Shown here in pieces: positions 27,652 through 47,759 of a stretch of 64,000 bases of DNA. Source of the DNA: the human T2T-CHM13v2.0 reference genome, Homo sapiens; assembly GCF_009914755.1 (NCBI RefSeq), contig NC_060947.1; one strand, written 5' to 3'. The notes beneath the pieces are model-generated. The model was not told the origin of the DNA. It was given only the letters and a program-made list of their open reading frames with translations, and did no database searches. How positions within the stretch are numbered: the first letter of the stretch is position 1; the number at the start of each line of letters is the position of its first letter. The translations under genes and the position numbers were made by a program.

Positions 27652-28971
27652 CACGTGGAGGGCTCTGTGGAGAGCCAAGATGCTCAGGTCAACAGCCTTA
27701 ACTGAGCTCCCAGCAGACGCCAACACCAGTCATCATTCATGTGAGTGAGCTCTCTCAGATGTCCCAGATGAGTGGAACCTCCAGATGACTGCAGCCCCAG
27801 GTGACAGACATCATATAGAGCAGAAAACATCCAGCTGGGCCCAGTTAACACACAAAATACTGAGAGAAAATAAATGGCTATTAATTAAGGGTGCTTGTTA
27901 AGAAGGAACGGATATCTAAAACATTATGGTTTTGGTGAACTTTTCCTCATTTTCTGTGTTGTGTTATCATTGGGTAAGAAAGGAATTTTCTTATCCTTGA
28001 AGGCTTAGTGAAACTTGGTTATAATTGTATCATCTGAGTGTTGGCTTACATGTGGGTACAGATTTCTGAACATGTCATCAATTCCTTCTTGAAGGGATTC
28101 CCAAGGGCAATTTACATGATATCTATTTTTCATGCTAGTCTTAAAATTTGAAACCTAACTCCTTAAGAAGAATTCCCACTGCAATCATGTGAATTAAGAT
28201 ACTGAGAGGGCATTGCTACAAACCATTCTATGAGGAAACCTGAGAGGTTGTCTTAGTGAGTATTCATTCTGAACAATTTTAGAAGTGTTTCTCAAAGAAA
28301 GTGTCCTGAAACACTTTCTCCTGCTATAGTGATAACCCTTGGCAAGGAAGTAACTTTCCTTGGGCACACATAGACAGGGCTCCTTTAGGAGACAGCAGAT
28401 AGATATACATTGCAGTCCTTGGTCTTTATGACTGTCCCAATGCAGCACTGCTGGGTGGATAAGTCAATTCTAGAACTTACTCATAGTAAGCCCACGTGAC
28501 AGCAAATCTAAGTCACATTCTCCAATATCACCTTATAAGAGATAAAGTCAATATATGTTTCTCCTTATTCTTTTCCTATGTTTCTCAGTTGGTTTAGAGC
28601 TCAGACTAGAAGCAGAAGAGTATTTTGGGGGCCCCTTAAAGAATTAAGCATTGTGAATCAAGAACTATAGGAATAATTGTAGAGTCAGTGAGACACAGTT
28701 AGAGGAGTAAACCTGTGGGCCTATTTTAAGTCCCATCCCTGAAGGCAAAGCTGAACAAGTGCCTCCTGAAGGGCAGCTTACTACCAAGAAGTTGAAGGGA
28801 GAGGGCTTGGGCAGAGTATCATGTGTCTCCTTCCAGATTCTCCAATCGGATAAGTCATTCCTGCCGTAGAGAGGAGTGAGTGTGTAGAGGCTACATGTAT
28901 TTTTGTCATGGATGTATTTTCCACATGGAAAAACATACCAGGAATGAAGGATAAGAATTTCCTTAAGGCAG

Positions 28972-29277
<306 letters not shown>

Positions 29278-29570
29278 TTAAGGCAAACTACTGTGTGTTT
29301 TAATTGACTGGATTCCTGCCTACTAAATGATTATATTATTCTAGTCCGGCCTCCCTGAAATAACTGTATTATTACTCAAATGACAGTTTTTGTGTTTCTA
29401 GATCATTCAGTCACTTGATTATAAACAATCTGTTTTCTGCCACAGAAAACCAACTGCCTAGTATAGTGTGTGAGTTGTACATGTTCCTCCTCAGAGGGCT
29501 AGCTCATCTCCCAGAGTCCTAGGACACCTCTCTGGGCTTCTGTGTACTGATGATACTCCTCTAAGGTCAC

Positions 29571-29828
29571 TTTTTTTTTTTTTTTTTTTGAGAATCTCGG
29601 CTCACTGCAAGCTCCGCCTCCCGGGTTCACACCGTTCTACTGCCTCAGTCTCCTGAGTAGCTGGGACTACAGGCGCTCGCCACCACGCCCGGCTAATTTT
29701 TTGTATTTTTAGTAGAGATGGGGTTTCACCGTGTTAGTCAGGATGGTGTCGATCTTCTGACCTCGTGATCCTCCCGCCTCGCCCTCCCAAAGTACTGGGA
29801 TTACAGGCATGAGCCACCGCGCCCGGCC
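29571..29828 (-). mobile_element. AluY with an internal deletion of about 40 bp near its tail
   Basis: AluY diagnostics (gcaagctccgcc, ccgtgttag); tttgagaatctcggc junction; TSD ct(a/t)aggtcactttt. Confidence 0.9.
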
Positions 29829-30039
29829 CCCTTAGGTCACTTTTAAAGCAAAATTCCTGACAACATGGACTTCCTTTCCTCTACCATAATGAGTAGAGAG
29901 TCTTGAAAATTGCCCGGATCCCAGCCTCTAATTGGTATGTTTTCTCAGGGAGTTATCTGAAGAATGAAGGTGTTTTGCTTTAAGGGATAGGCTGGGGATG
30001 GAGGAGCGGGTTGTGCATAGTCATTTTCAGGTGTGGAAG

Positions 30040-30390
30040 ACAAGCCAGTGCTACGCGGTTGCCATAGTAACCTGACGTCATATTAGCGACGGTGACGACT
30101 TTTTATTGAGACCAATTTGGCCTGGGGAGAACCGCCTTCAGGCGTTTGGACTCAGTGGAGGTTGTGAGTGCCCAGCAGTGTGGCCTGAATCTCCGTGGGG
30201 TTTAGGGAGACGAAAGGACCCCAGATCGACGTCCCCTCGTTCCCACTTTGGGGATCGGCGCTCTGGCTGTTTCGTGAAGGAGAGAGAGGTGGGTCTCTTC
30301 TGGCCCCAGTGAGTGTGGTGTCCTGCTCCAGGGTGTCCCGGGGCTACTTTCCCTGTAAAGGCGGGACGCGGGAGGATGAGACAGGTAAAG
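30040..30390 (+). promoter_or_regulatory. LINC00630: CpG-rich promoter and first exon of a + strand non-coding transcript (probably LINC00630)
   Basis: X-box GTTGCCATAGTAAC 30058-30071, CRE TGACGTCA 30073-30080, CCAAT 30112-30116, donors GTGAGT 30309 and GTAAAG 30385, no credible ORF. The gene name rests on recalled gene order downstream of BHLHB9. Confidence 0.6.
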
Positions 30391-30759
30391 ACCCTCTCTG
30401 AGCCCAGTTTCCCACTCTGTAAAATGGAAATAAAAATGCTCACCCACAGGATTGCTGAAACCTTCAGTGATAACATAGGTGCAAGACGATAGCCCTGTGG
30501 TTATTGCAGGATCAGGAATGCCTGTATGAAGTCAGGCCTCTTCTTGTTCTGTTTCAAACTTTCTTACAGTATAGACAAGGGAGAAACTTTATGTTTAACA
30601 TGCATTTATGATAAGTTTATATATATATTTCTGACTGCATAAATAATAACCAGTGATTCCCATCAACACTATCAAATGAATGTTGAAATATAAAGTTAGT
30701 TAGAAGGCCTTCCTACCAATTTGAGATTATAATATGCATTCTCCCATATCTGTTGTATA

Positions 30760-31950
30760 ATAAATTTGTTTATGAACTATAACTTATAAAGTGTCAATTA
30801 AAAAGTCATATGATGTTTTGATATATTTTATACATTGTAGAATGGCTGAATCAAGCTAATAAACCTATGCATTACCTAATGTACTTTTTTTTGTGGTGAA
30901 CACTTAAAATCTACCCTTTTAGCAGTTTTCAAGTGTACAATATATTTTTATTAACCATGGTCACTATGATGTACAATAGATCCCTTGAATTTATCCCTCC
31001 TCTCTAACTGAAATTTTGTATCCATTGACCAACATCTCCCCAAACCCCTCCCCAGCCTCTGTCTGGTAATTACTGTTCTACTCTCTGCTTCTATGAGTTC
31101 AACTTATTTAGATTCCATATACAAGTGAGATTACGTGGTATTTGTCTTGCTGTGCCTGGCTTATTTCACTTAATGTCCTCCAGGTTCATCCATGTTGTCA
31201 CAAATGACAGGATTTCCTTCTTTTTTCAAAAAGCTGAATAGTACGCCATTGTGTGCATGTATGACATTTTCTTTATTCATCTGTTGGTGGATACTTAGGT
31301 TGATTCCATACCCTGGCTATTGTGAATAATGCTGCAGTGAACATGGGAGTACATACATCTGTTTGAGGTACTAATTTCATTTCCTTTGGATATATACTCA
31401 GAAGGGGGACTGCTGGATCATTTGGTAATTCTATTTTTAGTTTTTTTCAGGAATGACCATACTGTTTCTGTAATATCTGTATAAATTTACATTCCCAGTA
31501 TTGTACAAGGGTTCCATTTTTTTCCACATCCTTGTGAACACTTACCATCTTCTGTTTTTTTAAATAATGGCCATCCTAACAAGTGTGAGGTGATATCTTG
31601 TTATGGTTTTAATGTGCATTTCCCTGACAATTAGTGATATTGAGAATTTTTTCACATATCTGTTGGCCACTTGTATGTCTTACTTTGAAAAATGTATATT
31701 TTATTATATATGGACACATGATTATTGTACATATTTATGGGGGTACACTGTGATATTTCAATATATGTATACAATGTGTAGTGATAAAATCAGGGTAGTT
31801 AGCATATCCATCATCTCAAATCTTTATCATTTATATGTGCTGGTAACATTCAACATTTTCTCTTCTAGCTATTTGAAAAAATACATTAAATTATTGTTTG
31901 ATAATTTAGTATAATGCTATAGAACACTAGAGATTATTCTTCCTATCCAG
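30760..31950 (-). mobile_element. L1MA-type 3' end fragments (at least two)
   Basis: Classic L1MA 3' motifs (ctactctctgcttctatgagttc, caggttcatccatgttgtcacaaatgacagga); a second 3' end starts near 31700. Confidence 0.75.
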
Positions 31951-32699
31951 GGTCTGGAGTATGGGCTAGCCTTCAATGGATGTTAATCTAGTGTCTGGAG
32001 TACAGACATGTGCAAAGTGACCTTGGCTTAGGGGCCCGGATCCCAGCCTAGTTCCTCTAATTGGTATGTTTTCTCAGGGAGTTATCTGAAGAGTGAAGGT
32101 GTTTTGCTAGGTCTCTATGGCAGTGGCTCTGGTGTCTGAGGCATGGGCAGGCACAGTCAGGCACAGAGCTGGGGTCTGGAGTATGGGTATTTACAGAGTA
32201 GTTGTAGCTTGGGGGGGTCAGTGACACATGCAGCATTGGGACAGGTGGCACCTCTGGTCCCAGAGTGGTATAATAGCTGCTGCTTCTTGAGATGAGAAGT
32301 GTGTAGCCACTTCTCCCTCTCTGGGGTTCCTTGGGCAGGAATGGCTGTTGGTTATCTCAGTGGCGAAAGATGCCAGTGTCCTCTCCAGAGCAGACTGCTG
32401 GGGACCATGGTGATTCCTGCCACATGGCTAATAGCAATAGCCTTTGCCTTTCTTCTTTGCTCCTAGACATCTCCTGGCACCTCAAGTATACTGATCTCAC
32501 CAGCAATATTTTCTGTGTGGATATTCCCCATTTTTTTTTCTACTGTGTTGCTGCAGATTCTTAAATGGGCCCCTGAGCCCTCCCATGAATACTTTAGTTT
32601 GTGGATAGCTGTCTACACTTGTTTTTTTGTGGCAGGGGGTGATGAAGGCTGATATCTCCTACTCTGCCCTCTTGGTCCTTCAGTATCTAGTTTGCCCTA

Positions 32700-33316
32700 T
32701 TCTAATGATACCCTGCCATGTCCCCTAAAGGAACCGTATAGGCTTATATATCATTGTTATTATTTTCAAGGACATAACATTTTCAGTTCTGTTGTACCCA
32801 GCCTACCCATTCCTCCCACTGTCCTGTCTCCAGACAAATACAGCACTTTTGTCATTATAGATTAGATTTCATTTATTTAAAAATAATCATAGAGGTTTTT
32901 TTTTTATTTTTTTTTTTTAGGGATCTGGCTTCTTTCATTCACTCTATGTATTTTTAGATTTGTCCATTTTATTGCCTATTTCAATAGTTTTTTTTTTTTA
33001 TTACAGAGTAGCATTACAGTATAGGATATACTACAATTCGTTTTGTCCATTCACTTGCTAATGGATATTTGGGTTGTATTCAATTTAGGGGATCTTGTGT
33101 ATGAGTCTTTACAGAGAAATGTGCTTTCTTTCTCTAGGGTAAATACTTAGGATTGCAGTGGCTGGAACATGTTATAGATGTAAGACTAACATTGTAAGAA
33201 ACTGCCAAACTGTTTTCAAAGTGGTTGTACCATTTTTCATTGTCTCAGCAGAGCTTCATCCTCCACAACCTCGTCAGTGCTTGGTATGGTCAGTCTCTAA
33301 CTTTAGTGATTCTCAT
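32700..33316 (-). mobile_element. Very old L1M(E)-like fragment forming the left flank of the NUMT
   Basis: Degenerate L1M 3' motifs (gaaactgccaaactgttttcaaagtggttgtaccattt) that end abruptly at the 16S-like sequence. Confidence 0.6.
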
Positions 33317-34146
<830 letters not shown>

Positions 34147-34218
34147 GTTAAGATGGTAGAGCCTGGTAATTGCATAAAACTTGAAATTTTATAATCAGAG
34201 GTTCAATTACTCTTCTTT
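34147..34218 (+). pseudogene. mt tRNA-Leu(UUR) pseudogene; its 3' end is displaced to 46597-46613 by an L1
   Basis: gttaagatggtagagcctggtaattgcataaaactt...gaggttcaattactcttctt versus human GTTAAGATGGCAGAGCCCGGTAATCGCATAAAACTT... Confidence 0.9.
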
Positions 34219-35137
34219 TTAAAATAATTGTTTATTTTATTTTTATTTTTTGTGGGTATACAGTAGGTGTATGTATTTATGGGGTACATGGGACGTTTTG
34301 ATACAGGCATGTAATGCATATCAATCACATCGTGGAAAATGGGTATCTCCTCAAGAATTTATCCTTTCTGTTACAAAAAAATCCAATTATACTCTTTTAG
34401 TTGTTTTAAAATATACAATTAAGTTATTATTGACTATAGTCACCCTGTTGTGCTATCAAATACTAGGTCCGTTTCATTCTATTTTTTGTACTGGTTAACC
34501 ATCCCCCATCTCTCCCCAACCCTCCCCAATTCCTTTCCCAGCCTCTGGTAACCATCCTTCTACTCTCTATCTCCACAGGTTAAATTGTTTTGATTTTTAG
34601 ACCCCACAAATAAATAAGAACATGCAAGGTTTCTCCTTCTATGTCTGGCTTACTTCACTTAACATAATGATCGCCAGTTCCATCCATGTTTTTGCAAATG
34701 ACTGGATCTCATTATTTTTTATGGCTGAGTAGTACTCCATCGTGTATAAGTACCACATTTTCTTTATCCATTCATCTGTTGATGGACACAGGCTTCTTCC
34801 AACTCTTGTCTATTGTGAACAGAGTGGCAACAAACATGGGAGTGCAGATGTCTCTTCAATATACTGATTTCCTTTCTTTTGGGTATATATCCAGAGTAGG
34901 ATTGCTGGATCACATGGGTAGCTCTATTTTCAGTTTTCTGAGGAACCTCCAAACTGTTCTCTACAATGGTTGTAGTAATTTACGTTCCCACCAACAGTGT
35001 ACGAGGGTTCTTTTTTCTCCACATCTTCACCTGCAATTGTTATTGCCCGTCTTTTGGACATAAGCCATTTTAACTGAGAAGGGATGATATCTCATTGTAG
35101 TTTTGATTTGCATTTCTCTGATGATTCATTACGTTGA

Positions 35138-35510
<373 letters not shown>

Positions 35511-37318
35511 TGCCCATTTTAAATTCAGATTATTATATTTTTTCCTATAGAACTATTTGAGATACTTATACATCTGGTTATTAATTCCTTGTCAGATGGG
35601 TAGTTTGCAAACATTTTTACCCATTCTGTGGTTGTTTCTTAACTTTGTTGATTGTTTCCTCTGCTGTGCAGAAGCCTTTTAACTTGATGTGATGCTATTT
35701 GTCCATTTTTGCTCTGGTTGCCTGTGCTTGTGGGGTATTACTCAAGAAATTTTTGCCCAGACTGATGTTCTGGAGAGTTTTCCCAAAGTTTTCTTGTAGT
35801 AGTTTTATAGTTTGAGGTCTTAGATTTAATTCTTTAATCCATTTTGATTTGATTTTTGTACATGATGAGAGATAGGGGTCTAGTTTCATTCTTCTGCATA
35901 TAGGTATCCAGTTTTCCCAGGACCATTTATTGAAGGTACTGTCTTTACAGTATATGTTCTTGGCACCTTTATCAAAAATGATTTCACTGTAGGCGTATGC
36001 ATTTCTTTCCGGGATCTCTATTCTGTTCCATTCATCTATGTGTCTGTTTTTATGACAGTAGTATGCTGTTTTGGTTACTATAGCTCTGCAGTATAATTTG
36101 AAGTCAGGTAATGTGATTCCTCCACTTTTATTCTTATTGCTCAGGATCGCTTTAGCTATTCTGGGTCTTTTGTGGTTCTATATCCCTTTTAGGGTACTTT
36201 TTTTCTATTTCTATGAAGATTGTCATTGGTATTTTGATAGGAATTGCATTGAATCTGTAGATTGCTTTGGGTAGTATGGGCATTTTAACAATATTGATTT
36301 TTCCAGTGCCTGAACGAGGGATATTTTTCCATCTTCTGGTGTCCCCTTCAATTTATTTCATCAGTCCTTTGTGGTTTTCATTATAGAGGTCTTTCACTTC
36401 TTTGGTTAATTCCTAGGTATTTTATTTCGTTTGTGGCTATTGTAAATGGGATTACATTTTTATTTTTTTTTTCAGATTGCTCACTGTTGGCATATAGAAA
36501 TGCTACTGATTTTTCCATGTTGATTTTGTATCCTGCAACTTTACTGAATTTATTTATTAGTATGAATAGTTTTTTGGTGGAGTCTAGGTTTTTCCAAATA
36601 TAAGATAATGTCATCTGCAAACAAGGATGATTTTAATTCTTCCTTTCCAACTTGGAGGCACTTTATAGCTTTCTCTTCTTTGGATGCTCTAGCTAAGAGC
36701 TCCAGTACTGTATTAAATAACAGTGGTGAAAGTGGCCGGCCATATTATGTTCCAGATCTTAGAGAAAAGGCTTTCAATTTTTTTTCCCATTCAGTATGAT
36801 ACTAGCTGTGGGTCTGTCAATATGGGTTTTATTATGTTGAGGTATGTTCCTTCTACCCCAGTTTTTTAGGGTTTTTATCAAGAAAGAGATGTTGAATTTT
36901 ATCAAATGCTTTTCCAGCATCAATTGAAATGATCATATGGTTTTTGTCTTTCTGTTGACATGATATATCACATTGATTGATTTGCATATGTTAAACTGTC
37001 CTTGCATCCCAAAGATAAATCCCACTTGGTCATGATGAATGATCTTTTTGATGTATCATTGAATTGGGTTTTGCTGGTATTTTGCTGAAGATTTTTGCAT
37101 CAATATTCATCATAGAAATTGGCCTATAGTTTTTTTTTAGTGTGTTTTTGTCTGGTTTTGGTATCAAAATAATACTGTCCTCATAGAATGAGTTTGGCAG
37201 TATTCCTTCCTTCTGTTTTTTGGAATAGTTTGAGTAGGATTTGGGTATTAGTTCTCTTTAAATGTTTGGTAGAATTTAGCAGTAAAGCCATGGGGTCCTG
37301 GACTTTTTCGTTACTGGG

Positions 37319-37699
37319 TGTATTAGTCTGTTTTCACACTGCTGATAAAGACATACCCCAGACTGAGACTGGGCAATTTACAAAAGAAAGAGGTTTAATT
37401 GGACTTAACAGTTCCACATGGCTGGGGAAACCTCACAATAATGGTGGAAGGCAAGGAGATACAAGTCACACCTTATATGAATGGCAGCAGGCAAACAGAG
37501 AGAGAGAGCTTGTGCAGAGAAACTCCCATCTTTAAAACCATCAGATCTCATGAGACCGGTTCACTATGACAAGAACAGCATGAGAAAGACCTATCCCCAT
37601 AATTCAAACATCTTCCCCCAGGTCCCTCGCACAACATGTGGGAATTATGGGAGCTACAAGATGAGATTTGCGTGGGGACAAAGAGCCAAACCGTTATCA
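37319..37699 (-). mobile_element. THE1 (MaLR) solo LTR inside L1MA ORF2
   Basis: tgtattagtctgttttcacactgctgataaagacatacc...gccaaaccgttatca; 5-bp TSD CTGGG at 37314-37318 and 37700-37704. Confidence 0.9.
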
Positions 37700-37741
37700 C
37701 TGGGGAGACTTTTTACTATGGCTTTAATCTCATTACTTGTT

Positions 37742-43111
<5,370 letters not shown>

Positions 43112-46100
43112 TTAATCTCATTACTTGTTATGTGTCGGTTCAGGTTTTGGATTTCTTCCTGGTTCAATCTTGGTAGGTTGTATGTGTCTAAAATCCGTTC
43201 ATTTCTTTTAGATTTTCAAATTTATTGGCATATTGTTACTCATATTAGCCACTAATGATCATTTGCTTTTCTGTGCTATCAGCTGTAATGTCTCCTTTTT
43301 CATCTCTTATTTTATTTATTTGTGTCTTCTTTTATTTTCTTAGTCTGGATACAGGTTTGTCAATTTCATTTAACTTTGCAAAAACCCAAGTTTTTGTTTC
43401 GGTGATCTTTTGTGTTGTTTTCTTCATTTTTATTTCATTTATATCTGCTCTGATCTTCATTTATTTTCTTCTAATTTGGGGTTTGAGATTTATTCTTGCT
43501 TTTGTAGTTCTTTAAGATGCATCATTAAGTTGTTTATTTGAAGGTTTTTACATTTGATGTAGACATTTATACCTATAAACTTCCCTCTGAGTACTGCTTT
43601 TGCTGTATCCCATAGGTTTTAGTGTTTCCATTATTATTTGTTTCAATAACTTTTTCAACTTCCTTCTTAATTTCTTTCTTTTCATACAGGTCATTCAGGA
43701 ACATAATGTTTAATTTCCACATTTTTGCATAGTTTCCAAAATTCCTCTTGTTATTGATTTTTAGTTTCATTCCATTGTGGTCAGAGAAGATGCTTGATAT
43801 TATTTTAGTTTTTTGAATGTTTTCAGACTTGTTTTGTGACCTGCCATATGGTCTATCCTTGAGAATGAGCCCTGTGCTGAGGAAAAGAATGTGTGTTCTA
43901 CAGCCATTGAATAAAATATTCTGTAAATTTCTATTTGGTCCATTTGATCCATAGTTTTGATTAAGTCCAAAATTTCTTTGTTAATTTTCTGTCTGGGAGA
44001 TCTTTCCAATGCTGACAGTGAGGTGTTGACGTCTCCAGCTATTATTACATTGGAATCTATATATCTCTTTAGCTCTAGTAATATTTGCTTTATATACCTG
44101 GGTGCTCCAGTGTTGGGTATATATATATTCTTAAAATTGTTATTTCCTCTTGCTGAATTGATCCTTTCATCATTATATAGTGACCTTCTTTGTCTCTTCT
44201 TATAGTTTTTGTCTTGAAATCTATTTTGTCTCATATGAGTATAGATATTCATGCTCTTTTTTGGTTGCTGTTGACATGGAATATCTTTTTTCATTGCTTT
44301 ATTTTCAGCTTATATGTGCCTTTATAGGTGAAGTGTGTTTCCAGGGACCAATCCTGGAGAAATAGAGATATGTGACCTTATTTAGTTCATTTGGTGAGGT
44401 CATGTTTTCCTGGCTGGTCTTGATACTTGTAGATGTTTGTCTGTGTCTGGGCATAATGGAGTTAGGTATTTATTGTACTCTTCAGTCTGGGCTTGTTTTT
44501 ACCCATCCTTTTTGGGAAGGCTTTCCAAAAGGACTTGAATGTTGTGATCTAAACTGTATCTGCTTTAGGTGGGACCGCAAGCCTAGGATTGTGCTGGGCC
44601 TGACCTGAAGCCAGCACATCACTGGGTCTCACCCAAGGCCTGCTGTAACCACTTCCTGGCTACCACCTATGTTTGCTTAAAGCCCTGGGGCTCTACAATC
44701 TTCAGGTGGCAAAGCTAGCTAGGCCCATGTCCTTCCCTTCAGGGAAGCAAGTTCCCTCAGGGCCTTGGTGGATCCAGAGGTGTCATCCAGAATCTAGGGA
44801 CTAGAGTCAAAAACCTTAGAAGTCTGCCTGGCGTTCTAGTGCACTGTGGATGAGCTGGCACTCAAACCACAAGATGCAGTCTTTCCCACTCTTTTCTCCC
44901 CTTTCCAAAGGCAGAGGAGCCTCACCTCATGGCCAATGCCACCTCAGGCCCACAGGAATATTGCCAGATTACTTCTGATCCTCCCTTAAGGCCCAAAGTC
45001 TCTTCAGTCAGCTTGTGGTGAATAGTGACTCACCTGGGGTTCACCATTCAGGGAAGTGGACTCCCCTCTGGCCCAGGGCAGGTTAAGAAATACTATCGAA
45101 GAATGAAGTCCTGGAATTAGTCCCACCAAGTGGGATCCCAGGAGCCCACTTGGTGCTCTACCCCCCTGTGGCTGAGCTGGTACCTAAAGTGTAAGACAAA
45201 GTTCCTTTTACTTTTCCCTCTATTTTTCTCAAGCAGAAGGAGTCTCATTCCATAGCCAACACAGTTGGGAATGTGCTGAGTGTCACCTGAAGCCAGTAAG
45301 TCTCAGAGTCTCACCCAAGGCCCTCAACATATTACCTGGGTATCACCACTGGTTATTCTGGGCTCAAGGGCTCTTCAGTTAGCAGGTGATAAATTCTGCC
45401 AGGAGCAGGACTAGGTCCTTCCCTTCAAGCAGTGGGTTCCCTTCTGGCCCAGGGTTTGTGTAGAAATGTCATCTGGGAGCTAGGGCCTGGAAAGGGGACC
45501 TCATGACTCTAATTGGTCCTCTATCCTGCTGTGGCTGAGCTGATATCCAAGATGCAAGACAAAGTCCTCCCACTGTTCTTTGTCCTCAAGTGGAAGCAAG
45601 AGATCTCTTTTGGAGCCGAGAGCTTTGCAACCTGGGTTTAGGGGATGTGTGATACCAGCACTCCCTTAGTTGTGCAGGCTGATGTCTTAGTAGGTCAAGT
45701 GCCCCTCTAGTCCACTGGCAGTGGGCCCAGTTTAGCACTAGGACTCGTCAGGTGTTGCAATCCTTGTGGCCTAGACTGCCTTTCAGATTTATTCGGAGAC
45801 CCCAAGCACTTTAGGTCACAGTGGTGAGGCCTGTGGAAACTCAAGTTCGGACCACTGGGATCAGCAATTCTGCTTTGGCTAGGTCTGGTTTAAATTCTCC
45901 CTCCATGGGTAGGCATTAGGTGGGTTTGGTCCGGTTTTGCTTTCTGCTGTAACAAGGGCAGTGCTGAGTTCAATGCCTCACAATTGCTGGCCCTCCCTCT
46001 CTCCAGCACACAGAAACTCTCAGCACCAGGTTGCTGCTGCTGGGCAATGGGGGCGACAGGGAAGGGGTGGTGTTCAGTATTCAAGACTGTTTTTCCTGCC

Positions 46101-46196
46101 TCTTCAGTGCCTCCTTCAGTGATATGAAATTCAAACCTGGTACTGTGAGTGGTTAACGGGCGTTTGGCTTTTATGAAGGTGCTTTTTTGTGTGTAG

Positions 46197-46596
<400 letters not shown>

Positions 46597-46615
46597 AACT
46601 ATTCTTCTTAACAGT

Positions 46616-47553
46616 GTGTTTATAATTGATCTTAACCTACTCATTACCCCTGCCATTCTCTCTATAGCATTCTTAACATTAGTTGAACAAAATGTATTAG
46701 CCTATATGCAGCTTCTCAAAGGGCCTAACAGTATAGGCCCCTGTGGCCTACTTCAACCCTTTGTAGGCACAATAAAACTGTTAAAGAGCCACTGTGACCA
46801 CTGACATCTTCTATACTCTTATACAGTATTGCACCTACCCTAGCCCTACCCCTTGTACTTACTATATGAATCCCATTACCTATACCACATCCATTAATTA
46901 GCCTAAACATAGGAATGCTATTCATCTTAGGTACATCAAGCCTAGCCATATCTTCTATCCTATGATCAGGATGAGCATCAAATTCAAATTATGCATTAAT
47001 TGGTACACTATGAGCAGCAGCACAAACAATTTCATATGAAGTCACCCTAGCCATTATCCTATTACCAGTTCTCCTAATAAACAGATCATTTACACTGTCA
47101 ATATTCTAATTATTACCATAGAATATATATGACTAGTTCTTCCATCATGACCCTTGTTCATAATAAAATTTATTTCAACACTAACAGAAACTACTTGAGC
47201 TCTATTCATTCTGACAGAGGATGAGTCAGAACTGGTAACAGGCTTTAAAGTTGACTATGCTGCAGGCCTATTTGCCCAAATGTTTTAAATAGCAGAATAC
47301 ACCAACATCAATATAATAAGCACTAAACACTATCATTTTTCTAGGGGCACTCCATGACATTCACATACAGGAAATTTATGTAATCAATTCTATCATTAAA
47401 ACACTCCTCTTATGAGTTCATGCATCATATCCACAATTCCAATATGATCAACTCACGCACCTGTTTGAAAATTTTTTTTTAGCATTTGCACTAGCATTAT
47501 GCATGACACATCTATATGCCCATTTTACTATCTAGTATTCTACCAAAAACATT
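46616..47553 (+). pseudogene. MT-ND1 pseudogene (NUMT)
   Basis: [32 protein letters not shown] resembles ND1 [31 protein letters not shown]; gcacaaacaatttcatatgaagtcacc = AQTISYEVT; multiple frameshifts. Confidence 0.93.
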
Positions 47554-47618
47554 TTAAAAAGTCTAATAAAAATTATTTTCATAGAGTAAATAAAAGAGGT
47601 TTAAATCCTCTATTTACA
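47553..47618 (+). pseudogene. mt tRNA-Ile pseudogene
   Basis: gtctaataaaaattattttcatagagtaaataaaagaggtttaaatcctc, directly after ND1. Confidence 0.75.
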
Positions 47619-47689
47619 GGATTATAGGAATTGAACCTACTCTCTTAAGAATTCAAAAATCTTTGTGCTACCTGATACACTATATTCTA
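47617..47689 (-). pseudogene. mt tRNA-Gln pseudogene
   Basis: aggattataggaattgaacctac...aagaattcaaaaatctttgtgctacc...; position in the IQM cluster. Confidence 0.8.
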
Positions 47690-47690
47690 T

Positions 47691-47759
47691 AGTAAGGGCA
47701 GCTTAATAAGCTGTTCTGTCCATACCCTGAAAATTTTGGTTTATATCCTTTTTGTACTA
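47691..47759 (+). pseudogene. mt tRNA-Met pseudogene
   Basis: agtaagggcagcttaataagct...ccataccctgaaaattttggtt...gtacta; CAT anticodon retained. Confidence 0.85.

Noticed and set aside
34154-34166. MTERF1 termination site in tRNA-Leu(UUR)
   Set aside because: Mutated (TGGTAGAGCCTGG versus TGGCAGAGCCCGG), and MTERF1 is mitochondrial.
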